A stretch of DNA of 20,000 nucleotides from an uncultured virus (IMG/VR IMGVR_UViG_3300044635_001663) (IMGVR_UViG_3300044635_001663:106337-126336); one strand, 5' to 3'. Positions 8,450 through 17,088 are shown, counted from the stretch's first letter. Made by a program: numbers and translations. Notes: a model not told the origin generated them from the sequence alone.

Positions 8450-9486
8450 TTATTACTTATTTTCGTAGTTCATCTTTTAATGCTCACTCTATGTGTGAGC
8501 AACAATATTTTGGAGAATATGTATTAGGATGGAGAGGTCTTTCAGGTAAAAAAGCAGACAAGGGAACAATTGTACATAAAATTTTAGAGATTCTGGCTTT
8601 TATTAAAAAAGCAGAACAAAATAACCAGATCACTATTGTAGATGATGTTGTTGGAGAATTAGATGTTAATAACTACGATTTAGATACTATTATTGAACAG
8701 GTATATGATTATTATACAAACACAAACCAACATCATAAATGGATGCCAGTAGATAAAAAGGATTGTCGAGAATGGGTATATAAAACCTTAAATTATAATA
8801 ATGGGATGTTTGATCCTAGAAAAAGACATATAGTTGAAGCAGAACAGCACTTTGATTTTGAAATAAAAAAACCATGGAGCAAATACAGTTTTACTATAGA
8901 CGATCAAGAAATATCCGGTCATTTGGCACTAAAAGGTACTATTGATCTTATAACTAAGGTAAATGATAATACATTAGAAATTATAGACTGGAAAACAGGT
9001 AAAAGATTAAATTGGGCTACTGGTAAAACTAAAGAACAAGAAGACTTAGAAAAAGATCCACAATTAAGAATTTATCATTATGCTTTAACTCGCTTATATC
9101 CAGAAATTGATCATGTAATAGTTTCTATTAATTTTATTAACGATGGTGGGGCTTTCTCTATTTGTTTTGATAAAAAGGACTTAATAGCGACAGAAGACAT
9201 GTTGAGACAAAAATTTGAAATCATAAAAAAATCAAAGAAGCCAAAATTGACAAAATCGTGGATGTGTAGTAAGCTGTGTCATTTGGGAAAAACCACGTTC
9301 GAAAATACCGCAGTCCCCCCACTTGTTGAATACAGAGATGGTCAAATATCTCCTAAAGATAAGTATATGACTAAATGTGAACAAATCAAACACGATATTG
9401 AATTATATGATATTCAATTTGTTACACAGCAGTATAAACATCCTAATCATAATTTTGGCTTTTATAAACCACCGGGACAAACATGA
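8446..9486 (+). CDS. RecB/AddB/Cas4-type PD-(D/E)XK exonuclease
   Basis: SSFN...C, GTIVHKILE, AEQHF, KGTIDLI, IIDWKTG, QLRIY and C-terminal cysteines. Confidence 0.88.
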   Translation: MIITYFRSSSFNAHSMCEQQYFGEYVLGWRGLSGKKADKGTIVHKILEILAFIKKAEQNNQITIVDDVVGELDVNNYDLDTIIEQVYDYYTNTNQHHKWMPVDKKDCREWVYKTLNYNNGMFDPRKRHIVEAEQHFDFEIKKPWSKYSFTIDDQEISGHLALKGTIDLITKVNDNTLEIIDWKTGKRLNWATGKTKEQEDLEKDPQLRIYHYALTRLYPEIDHVIVSINFINDGGAFSICFDKKDLIATEDMLRQKFEIIKKSKKPKLTKSWMCSKLCHLGKTTFENTAVPPLVEYRDGQISPKDKYMTKCEQIKHDIELYDIQFVTQQYKHPNHNFGFYKPPGQT

Positions 9487-11357
9487 AAACATATATTCCT
9501 CTACATGTACACAGTCATTATTCCTTACTTGATGGTTTGTCAAAACCTGATCAAATAGCGGATAGGTGTGCAGAAATAGGTGTTGATACTTGTGCAATCA
9601 CTGATCACGGGACTATATCCGGTACTGTAAAGTTTCACAGCATAATGAAAAAGAAGGGCATTAAACCTATTCTTGGTTGTGAATTATATATTTGTGATCA
9701 ATCTCCATCTACTAAAACCCCAGAAAACAGATCTTTAGCTCATTTATTAGTATTGGCAAAAAACTATCAAGGATGGAAAACCCTAATAAAAATAGTTTCT
9801 GAATCAAACAATCCTGATTATTATTACTATAAACCTAGATTAGATATTCAAACATTAGGATCTCTGTTAGACGGTAATCTTATAGGCATATCTGGACACC
9901 TAGGATCGACTGTAGCAGATTGTATTGTTCGTGACGACAAAATAAAAGATGATTGGGAAACAGGGGCCATAAAACATATTGATCTATTACAGAATGCCTT
10001 TGGAAAAGATAATTTTTTCCTAGAAACACAATTAATGGATTCTCAGAATCTATTAATACAAAAACATCTCACAGATTGTGTTAGAAAAATAGCTCGTCAA
10101 AAAAATATTAAAGCAATTTGTACACCCGATGCTCACTACTGTAGAAAAGAAGATGCTGTTGACCAAAGGATTCTGTTGTGCAATAATTTAAAAACTACGT
10201 TACCAGCTATAAATACAAAAATTCTAAATAAAGACGATGTCCCTATGGGCACCTTCTTTCTTTCTGATAATTATCATATATTAGATCATCAAGAAATGTC
10301 TGCTTTACATTTTGAAGAAGAATTAGACAATACTCACTATATAAATAGTTTATGCGAAAACTATGATATAGTACACAAGCCAACTTTACCAGATTTTAAA
10401 TGTCCAAACCAAATATCTGAAGACGAGTATCTTAGAGAATTATGTAGGCATGGATGGAAAAATAAAAATCTCAATAGTCTGGAAGATAATGTCAAAAATA
10501 ATTATGTTGATCGTATAAAATACGAATTAGAGGTTCTACAGGGGGCTGGTCTGTCGAGTTATTTTCTTATCGTACAGGATATAGTTAATCATGTAAAACA
10601 AAATGACTGGCTTCCCGGCCCAGGAAGAGGAAGTGCGGCTGGATGTCTAGTATCATATTTAATAGGCATCACTAGTATAGATCCTATGCAATATGGACTA
10701 CTGTTTGATAGATTTTATAATGCTGGTCGAAATACTAAAGATCATATTTCTATGCCAGATATTGATATTGACGTACCTATCAACAAGAGAGAAGAAATTA
10801 TTCAATATATTAAAAATCAGTATGGTTCTAGCAAAGTGTCTCAAATGATTACTTTTAATACTATGAAAGGCAGAGGAGCTTTAAAAGACGTATTAAGAGT
10901 TTATGGTAATATTAGTTTTGATGAAATGAATATGATTACTAAAAATATACCAGATGAAGCAAAAATTGCGGACGAACTACAAGAAATGAAAGACGAGTAT
11001 GGGGAATCTTCGATTATTCGTTGGGCATTAGAAAATAATTCAGAAGGTCTTGAGCAGTGGTGCAAGATCGACGATGAAGGAAACTTGTCTGGCCCTCTGG
11101 CGAAGCGTTTCGAGCAGGCTATTAGGCTGGAAGGGACCAAAACCAACCAATCTAAACATGCGGCTGGTATCGCTATCAGTTCACAGGCTCTTGCCGAACT
11201 CTGTCCTATGGTTTATGATAGTAGGAACGAACAGACCATAGCCGGTATGGAGATGCAAGACCTAGAAAGTTTAGGTATTGTAAAATTCGATATTCTAGGT
11301 ATCGCTATGCTAGATAAGATTATGTGCATAAAAGATTTATTATCTCATCAGGTCTGA
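9483..11357 (+). CDS. dnaE: DNA polymerase III alpha subunit, N-terminal half (PHP, palm, thumb)
   Basis: HVHSHYSLLDG, TDHG, KPILGCE, DAHY (PHP); GPGRGSAAG, MPDIDID, KHAAG, KFDILG (all three catalytic Asp). Confidence 0.95.
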   Translation: MKTYIPLHVHSHYSLLDGLSKPDQIADRCAEIGVDTCAITDHGTISGTVKFHSIMKKKGIKPILGCELYICDQSPSTKTPENRSLAHLLVLAKNYQGWKTLIKIVSESNNPDYYYYKPRLDIQTLGSLLDGNLIGISGHLGSTVADCIVRDDKIKDDWETGAIKHIDLLQNAFGKDNFFLETQLMDSQNLLIQKHLTDCVRKIARQKNIKAICTPDAHYCRKEDAVDQRILLCNNLKTTLPAINTKILNKDDVPMGTFFLSDNYHILDHQEMSALHFEEELDNTHYINSLCENYDIVHKPTLPDFKCPNQISEDEYLRELCRHGWKNKNLNSLEDNVKNNYVDRIKYELEVLQGAGLSSYFLIVQDIVNHVKQNDWLPGPGRGSAAGCLVSYLIGITSIDPMQYGLLFDRFYNAGRNTKDHISMPDIDIDVPINKREEIIQYIKNQYGSSKVSQMITFNTMKGRGALKDVLRVYGNISFDEMNMITKNIPDEAKIADELQEMKDEYGESSIIRWALENNSEGLEQWCKIDDEGNLSGPLAKRFEQAIRLEGTKTNQSKHAAGIAISSQALAELCPMVYDSRNEQTIAGMEMQDLESLGIVKFDILGIAMLDKIMCIKDLLSHQV

Positions 11358-11381
11358 TTCCAAAAAGAAAGGGTTCTAAAT

Positions 11382-11561
11382 ATGTTAGAAAAACAGTTTA
11401 TTGATATTGAGGTAAATTCTGTATTCGTATTAGATGATTTAGAATATACAAAGATAGGAGAAGAAAGACTTAGTTGTTGCAAGGTGCTTAATGCCATTCG
11501 TAACGACACCAAAGAAAAAGTCATGATTCTTCCATTACAGCGAGTAAAGGTTTCAGCATGA
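11382..11561 (+). CDS. 59-aa hypothetical protein missed by the ORF track (MLEKQFIDIEVNSVFVLDDLEYTKIGEERLSCCKVLNAIRNDTKEKVMILPLQRVKVSA)
   Basis: ATG 11382 preceded by AAAGGG; TGA 11559-11561 forms an ATGA overlap with the exonuclease start; the ORF fills the gap. Confidence 0.75.
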   Translation: MLEKQFIDIEVNSVFVLDDLEYTKIGEERLSCCKVLNAIRNDTKEKVMILPLQRVKVSA

Positions 11562-12250
11562 AATTTAGTAACAAAATATGTATCTTTGATCTAGAAACAG
11601 ACGGAGTGAATCCTAATGTTTGTAGTGCAGTACAAATAGCTGCTGTGATAGTGGATCCAATAAAATTAGAAATAGTTAAGGATTCCGAATTTAATATAAT
11701 GCTTAAGCCAGAAAGCTTAGAACTCAATCCTAATCACGAATATGATAATGATATTCTAAATTTTCATGCCAAAGTTAGGAATTGTTCCAGAGATGATATT
11801 TTATGTTCGTGGAAAGAAGCTATGCCACAAAAACAAGCATGGTCCTTATTCTGTGGATATTTAGATAAGTATCATTCGAGAACTAGTAAGAAAAATGAAT
11901 TTTCTGCTCCTATAGCTTCTGGATATAATATCAACAGATTTGATCTAAAAATAGTTAATCGTATGGCTCAAAAATTTAATACAGTCAATAAAGAAAACGA
12001 TAGTAATATTTTTTACCCACGAGACGTAATAGATATTATGAATCTATTATATTATTGGTTTATGTATTTAGAAGATGTCAAATCAATATCATTAGATAAT
12101 GTTAGAGATTATTTTTCTATATCTAAAGATAATGCTCACGACGCTCTAAAAGATGTAAAAGATTGTGCTGATATCTTACTTAGATTTTTAAAGTTACATA
12201 AGAATTTATCACAAAAAATTAAATTTAAGGGTGCCTTTGGAGATGTTTGA
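11558..12250 (+). CDS. dnaQ: DEDDh 3'-5' exonuclease (DnaQ/epsilon-like)
   Basis: ExoI FDLETDG, ExoII GYNINRFD, ExoIII AHDALKDV. Confidence 0.88.
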   Translation: MKFSNKICIFDLETDGVNPNVCSAVQIAAVIVDPIKLEIVKDSEFNIMLKPESLELNPNHEYDNDILNFHAKVRNCSRDDILCSWKEAMPQKQAWSLFCGYLDKYHSRTSKKNEFSAPIASGYNINRFDLKIVNRMAQKFNTVNKENDSNIFYPRDVIDIMNLLYYWFMYLEDVKSISLDNVRDYFSISKDNAHDALKDVKDCADILLRFLKLHKNLSQKIKFKGAFGDV

Positions 12251-13793
12251 AGCAGATATATCTAAAATTGATTTGGCTTGTTCCAAAACCTGGAATTTAA
12301 TATCAAATGGAAATACTAAGGGGTGTTTTCAGTTGGAGTCCAGGCTAGGAAGGTCTTTGGCTAAAAAACTAAAACCATCAAATATAGAAGAATTAGCTGC
12401 ACTAATTTCTATTATGCGACCAGGATGTTTGGAGGCATATAGAGACGGAAAAAGCGTAACCAGTCACTATATCGACAAAAAGAATGGTGTCGAAGATATC
12501 GATTATTTTCATGAGTGTTTGGAGCCTATTCTGAATACTACATATGGTGAAATGGTATATCAGGAACAAGCTATGCAAATAGCTAAAGATATTGCTGGTT
12601 TCGATTTGCAAGAAGCAGACAATTTGCGTAAAGCTATTGGTAAAAAGAAACCAGAAGAAATGGCAAAACTTAAAATCAAATTTATAGACGGTTGTGCTAA
12701 TAGAAAATTATTAAATGCAGAACAAGCTGATCAGGTTTTCGGATGGATCGAAAAAAGTCAAAGATATTCTTTTAATAAATCGCACGCTATTAGTTATGCT
12801 ATGAATTGTTACTTATCAGCATATGCTAAAGCTCACTATCCTGTTTATTTTTTTACGGCTTACCTAAGATTTGCCAAAGATAAAATAGATCCTCAACAAG
12901 AAATTAAAGAACTGGTACAAAATGCTATAGAGATGGGAATTAGTATATGTAATCCAGATGTAAGAATGCTAAACGATCTTATAGAACTTAAAAACCAACA
13001 TATATATTTCGGACTAACAGATATTAAAGGTTTTGGTCAATCAGCATTTAAAAAACTAAAACACCTAATACATACAGACAATCTAGATCTTGCTAAATTA
13101 AAATGGACAGAATTTTTGATAGATGTTTTGTATGAATTGAATTCCACAGCTAGTAAAGCACTAATTCAATCCGGAGCATTGGATTATTTGAAGTTACACA
13201 GAAACAAAATGCTGTTGGATTACAGTATGTTATTAGAATTAACACCCAAAGAGGTCGCTCTACTTAAGAGTATATCTTTGAACACAGATGATCTATATAC
13301 TAGTCTGTGTCAATTAAAAGAAAAAATAACTTTGAATAAACGTAAAGAAATAGTCAATAATTTATGTAAAACAATGAAAAATCCTCCATTTTCCATTGAA
13401 GACTCTATAGAATGGCTTGTTGATACTGAGAACATGTTGTTGGGTTATTCTATCTCCTGTTCTAAAATAGACATGTATGATATTCACATGGTAAGTCATT
13501 CTTGTAGAGACATTAAGCATAATAAATGCAGCAACAATAATTTGATGGTGGCCGGTGAGATAGAGAATATCAATATAGTCAAAACAAAGAAGGGCAAAAA
13601 TGCTGGAGCCGAGATGGCTTTTCTATCCATAAATGATGGTACTGCCTGTTTGGATTCTGTGGTATATTTTCCAGAAACTTTTAGACAATACCGTAACCAA
13701 TTATTTGAAGGTAATATTATTATCATCAAGGGCAATATATCTAAAAATAAGGATTCGTTTGTTGCTGAAAAGACGTTTTTAGCAAAAACTTGA
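12231..13793 (+). CDS. dnaE: DNA polymerase III alpha subunit, C-terminal half (fingers, HhH, OB); start may be ATG 12243
   Basis: GCFQLES, RPG, YQEQAM, ADNLRKAIGKKK, YSFNKSHA..Y, GLTDIKGFG, LIQSGALD, E..LLG, OB fold with KTKKG..MAF...D. Confidence 0.95.
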   Translation: MPLEMFEADISKIDLACSKTWNLISNGNTKGCFQLESRLGRSLAKKLKPSNIEELAALISIMRPGCLEAYRDGKSVTSHYIDKKNGVEDIDYFHECLEPILNTTYGEMVYQEQAMQIAKDIAGFDLQEADNLRKAIGKKKPEEMAKLKIKFIDGCANRKLLNAEQADQVFGWIEKSQRYSFNKSHAISYAMNCYLSAYAKAHYPVYFFTAYLRFAKDKIDPQQEIKELVQNAIEMGISICNPDVRMLNDLIELKNQHIYFGLTDIKGFGQSAFKKLKHLIHTDNLDLAKLKWTEFLIDVLYELNSTASKALIQSGALDYLKLHRNKMLLDYSMLLELTPKEVALLKSISLNTDDLYTSLCQLKEKITLNKRKEIVNNLCKTMKNPPFSIEDSIEWLVDTENMLLGYSISCSKIDMYDIHMVSHSCRDIKHNKCSNNNLMVAGEIENINIVKTKKGKNAGAEMAFLSINDGTACLDSVVYFPETFRQYRNQLFEGNIIIIKGNISKNKDSFVAEKTFLAKT

Positions 13794-13818
13794 CATGCTG
13801 GTACACCACCAATACTAT
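13790..13818 (+). promoter_or_regulatory. Sigma70-type promoter for ssb
   Basis: TTGACA at 13790-13795, 17-nt spacer, TACTAT at 13813-13818. Confidence 0.75.
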
Positions 13819-13865
13819 ACTGTGCGTTTGCGTGATTTTTAACTTTTTACAAAGGAAATTTGAAT

Positions 13866-14234
13866 ATGAATATTGTATTACTTAGAGGTAATCTAACTCG
13901 TGATCCTGAGATTAGGAAAATCGAAGGCAGATCAAAGCCTGTGTCTGTGGTAAATTTCACCATTGCTGTATCTCGTGAATATACCAAGGCTTCTGGCGAA
14001 AAGGATAAGATTACCACTTTTGTTAATTGCGAAGCTTGGGATTCTGGAGCAGAGATTATAGCGGAATCCTTTAGGAAGGGTGACTTGGTAATGGTAGAAG
14101 GATCTCTTAGAAATGACTCGTGGGAAAAGGATGGGGTCAAGCATAGTACTCTACGTATTAGAGTAAACAACTTTTCTAAGATCACCAAGCTGTCTAAGTC
14201 TCAGTCAGTTGATACAGAGGCTGTGGCTTTCTAA
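13866..14234 (+). CDS. ssb: Single-stranded DNA-binding protein (bacterial OB type)
   Basis: MNIVLLRGNLTRDPEIR, FTIAVSR, KGDLVMVEGSL...SWE; AAAGGA RBS upstream of ATG 13866 (the track starts at TTG 13860). Confidence 0.95.
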   Translation: MNIVLLRGNLTRDPEIRKIEGRSKPVSVVNFTIAVSREYTKASGEKDKITTFVNCEAWDSGAEIIAESFRKGDLVMVEGSLRNDSWEKDGVKHSTLRIRVNNFSKITKLSKSQSVDTEAVAF

Positions 14235-14258
14235 GTTATCCCATAAACAGATTTAAAG

Positions 14259-14291
14259 ATGGGGCTGTTGAAAAAAGACAGCCCTATTTTT
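14259..14291 (+). terminator. Intrinsic terminator after ssb
   Basis: GGGCTGT (14262-14268) and ACAGCCC (14278-14284) form an inverted repeat followed by TATTTTT. Confidence 0.75.
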
Positions 14292-14309
14292 ATAAACACA
14301 CAAATTTTC

Positions 14310-15989
14310 ATGACTAATCAAAAACATAAAACTAGAATTTTAGTATGTTCAGAATCATCTAAAGTTTCTTCAGGCTTTGGAACATACAATAAAGCCTTGC
14401 TAAAAGGATTATTTGAAAGCAATAAATATGAAATTGCTGAGTTTGCTTCATATGGATTAATAGGGGATAAAGAAAAGTTTAATATCCCATGGAAGTACTA
14501 TCCAAATGCGATAGAAAAAGATGATAAAAGAGAACAGTTATATAATAGCTCTCCCGAAAACCAATTCGGCAAATGGCGTTTTGATAGAGTTGTTTTAGAT
14601 TTTAAGCCGGAAATAGTTATAGACATTAGAGATTATTGGATGTCTGCGTATCAGAGGTTTTCTCCTTTACGCAAATATTTTCATTGGATTCTTATGCCAA
14701 CCATAGATTCATTTCCTCAAAAAGAGGAATGGCTAGATACTTATATCAATGCTAATGCTGTATTTACATATAGTGACTGGGGAGCAGAAGTCCTAAAACA
14801 GCAAACAAGTAATAAGATTAAATATATATCAACAGCATCTCCAGCAGCTAATGCCTCAAGTTATCAGCAGGTTTCACTAGCTCAAAAACAAGAAATAAAG
14901 GGTTCATTAGCTCTATCAAAAGACAATATCGTCATTGGTACTGTAATGAGAAACCAAAAGAGAAAACTTTTCCCTGAATTAATCCAAGCTTTCGAAGCGT
15001 TAGTTGATCGTTTGCGTAATGAACAATCAGAAAAAAGCAATCAAATTATATTATATTTGCACACAAGTTATCCCGATGCTGGATGGGATATGTTTGAGTT
15101 AATCAAGAATAGTAAGGTTTCAAATAAAATATACTTTACATATTGGTGCAGAAGCTGCAACGCTATTTTTGCATCAAATTTAGCTGGCTTTACACAAAAA
15201 TGCTATAAGTGTAAACAAAAGTCTGCCATAATACCGAATGTTGGAAACGCTATAGGAGAAGCGGCATTAGGTAAAATAATGTCAATATTCGATGTATATG
15301 TTCAATATTCTATCTGTGAAGGCTTTGGTATGCCCCAGGTTGAGGCAAGCTACTGTGGGGTTCCTGTTTTAACCGTAAATTATAGCGCAATGGAGGACAT
15401 GATTAAAAAAATCAATGCCCAACCCATTAAGCTCGGATTAAAATTCAAAGAATTGGAAACAGGGGCTATCAGAGTATATCCAGATAAAGATGATACTGTA
15501 GATAAATTATATTCTTTGATCCATAAACCTCAGAATATATTAGCTAAAATAGGTTTTACTAATAAAAATTTAGCAACCAATGAGTACTCCTGGCAGGATA
15601 CTGTTCAGAAGTGGATGGATTATATAGACACTGTTGATACGGATTACTATCGTAGTCGATGGGAAAATATGTCTTATCAACAAATTCCAACTATAAATAT
15701 TAATCCAGAAATAAGAGATAAAACAGTTTATGAACAAATTTATAGTCTACATAATCAATTTAAATCAACAGGACTAGATATGTCTACCTATTGGTTATTA
15801 AAAAACATATATTTTGCACAAAACTCAATGCTGTACGACGGAGCGTCTGTTGTGTCGTACTCTATTAATAATATTATCAAAGATATCAATAGTATTATTA
15901 CTAACTATAATAATGTAGAATATGCTAGATGTAATCCGTCATTGTTAACTAGTGAAGATTTTATAGATTATGCAAACAAAACAACCTAA
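14310..15989 (+). CDS. GT-B (family 4-like) glycosyltransferase with zinc-ribbon insertion
   Basis: SGFG near the N-terminus, FKPEIV, GTVMRNQKRK, EGFGMPQVEA (Ex7E) ..CGVPV; CRSC...CYKC insert; start moved to ATG 14310, downstream of the terminator. Confidence 0.88.
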   Translation: MTNQKHKTRILVCSESSKVSSGFGTYNKALLKGLFESNKYEIAEFASYGLIGDKEKFNIPWKYYPNAIEKDDKREQLYNSSPENQFGKWRFDRVVLDFKPEIVIDIRDYWMSAYQRFSPLRKYFHWILMPTIDSFPQKEEWLDTYINANAVFTYSDWGAEVLKQQTSNKIKYISTASPAANASSYQQVSLAQKQEIKGSLALSKDNIVIGTVMRNQKRKLFPELIQAFEALVDRLRNEQSEKSNQIILYLHTSYPDAGWDMFELIKNSKVSNKIYFTYWCRSCNAIFASNLAGFTQKCYKCKQKSAIIPNVGNAIGEAALGKIMSIFDVYVQYSICEGFGMPQVEASYCGVPVLTVNYSAMEDMIKKINAQPIKLGLKFKELETGAIRVYPDKDDTVDKLYSLIHKPQNILAKIGFTNKNLATNEYSWQDTVQKWMDYIDTVDTDYYRSRWENMSYQQIPTININPEIRDKTVYEQIYSLHNQFKSTGLDMSTYWLLKNIYFAQNSMLYDGASVVSYSINNIIKDINSIITNYNNVEYARCNPSLLTSEDFIDYANKTT

Positions 15990-17088
15990 AAATATATTAT
16001 ACATAGCTCCATATAGACAGCATGATGGTTGGGGACTAGCGTCTAGAGATTATCTATTAGCTTTATTAAGCACACACCATAATGTGGTTCCCGTCTCTTT
16101 CTATACTAATAGAGGAGCTAAATGTGTTATAGATAATAAACAAATACTTAATGCGGAAAAACAATCCTATACTTATTATGATTATGTTATACAAAAATCT
16201 ATGCCTCAGTCTTTTGTGTATAATGGAGATTTTGGGAAAAATATAGGATTAACAGTTATAGAAAACAATAGATTCTTTTCCTCCGGAATAGCATCTATTA
16301 ATATTATGGATCAGTTATTAGTCCCGTCTTTAAAAGAAAAAAATGCACTGATAAATTCTGGTGTTCGTATACCAATATCGACTATTTCTCAACCCATCGA
16401 TACTAATCTAATAAAAAATCATTCAAGTAAAGTATTAGATATGGGCTTATCCTCTAATACGTTTAAATTTTATTTTATTGGAGAATATATTCAAAGAAAA
16501 AACATAAAAGATATTATTATTGCTTTTAATTTAGAATTCGATATTAACGAACCAGTAGAACTAATAATAAAAACATCTATGCCGGGATTAACAAGCGAAC
16601 AAGCTAAACAACATATAGAGCAAGATATTGTAAAACTGAAAACACGCTTCAGAATTAAAAATAAATATAAGACAGAAACCATAATTACTAAACGACTATC
16701 AGATTTAGAGATGCAATCATTACACAAAACGTGCGATTGTTTTGTTGCCGTATCCTATGGAGAAGCATTTTGTAGACCAGCGGCAGAAGCGGTTTGTTCT
16801 GGCAACACGGCTATCCTATCAGACGGTATTGGTATCTCAGAAATGTTAGACACTGATGACTTTTATTATGTGCAAAGCTCTGAGCAACCAGTACTCATGG
16901 AAGACACAACATATGTAAATGGTCTAGATTTTTATAATGCAAATGAGACATGGTTTATTCCAAGTATTATGCATTTAAGACAACAAATGAGATCTGCTTT
17001 TAATGATAAAAAAACTGTTTCTGATACTAAATATTTAGAGAGATTCAGTTACAATAATATAGGACAACAAATATGTCAATCAATTTAA
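15970..17088 (+). CDS. GT-B (family 4-like) glycosyltransferase
   Basis: DGWGLASR, FYFIGE..QRKN, CDCFVAVSYGEAFCRPAAEA (Ex7E). Confidence 0.85.
   Translation: MQTKQPKNILYIAPYRQHDGWGLASRDYLLALLSTHHNVVPVSFYTNRGAKCVIDNKQILNAEKQSYTYYDYVIQKSMPQSFVYNGDFGKNIGLTVIENNRFFSSGIASINIMDQLLVPSLKEKNALINSGVRIPISTISQPIDTNLIKNHSSKVLDMGLSSNTFKFYFIGEYIQRKNIKDIIIAFNLEFDINEPVELIIKTSMPGLTSEQAKQHIEQDIVKLKTRFRIKNKYKTETIITKRLSDLEMQSLHKTCDCFVAVSYGEAFCRPAAEAVCSGNTAILSDGIGISEMLDTDDFYYVQSSEQPVLMEDTTYVNGLDFYNANETWFIPSIMHLRQQMRSAFNDKKTVSDTKYLERFSYNNIGQQICQSI

Noticed and set aside
8446..9486. CRISPR-Cas locus suggested by the Cas4-like nuclease
   Set aside because: No repeat-spacer array or other cas genes in the window.
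11050..11241. 63-aa alternative-frame ORF inside dnaE-N
   Set aside because: TTG start without RBS; likely a by-product of the local GC-rich patch.
12192..12250. Programmed frameshift fusing the exonuclease to DnaE-C
   Set aside because: It would need a +1 shift. Only an A6 run is present with no evident stimulator, and in-frame GTG/ATG starts plus overlap coupling explain expression.
11300..12300. Split intein or self-splicing intron joining the dnaE halves
   Set aside because: No intein block A (C/S start) or HN-C/S/T end. The interval is fully occupied by two ORFs, with no homing endonuclease or intron-like non-coding RNA.
9483..13793. dnaE as a pseudogene or frameshift sequencing error
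   Set aside because: Both halves keep all motifs, the break falls at a domain boundary, and intact genes lie between them.
6611..13793. Genome-wide TGA reassignment
   Set aside because: Genes are full length in code 11, Trp is encoded by TGG, and TGA codons coincide with natural protein ends and ATGA overlaps.
14259..14309. Upstream ATG extension of the first glycosyltransferase
   Set aside because: It lies within the ssb terminator hairpin; ATG 14310 fits the GT-B N-terminal strand better.
950..16727. Minus-strand ORFs of 64-113 aa in the track
   Set aside because: All are antisense shadows of well-supported + strand genes and have no recognisable motifs.
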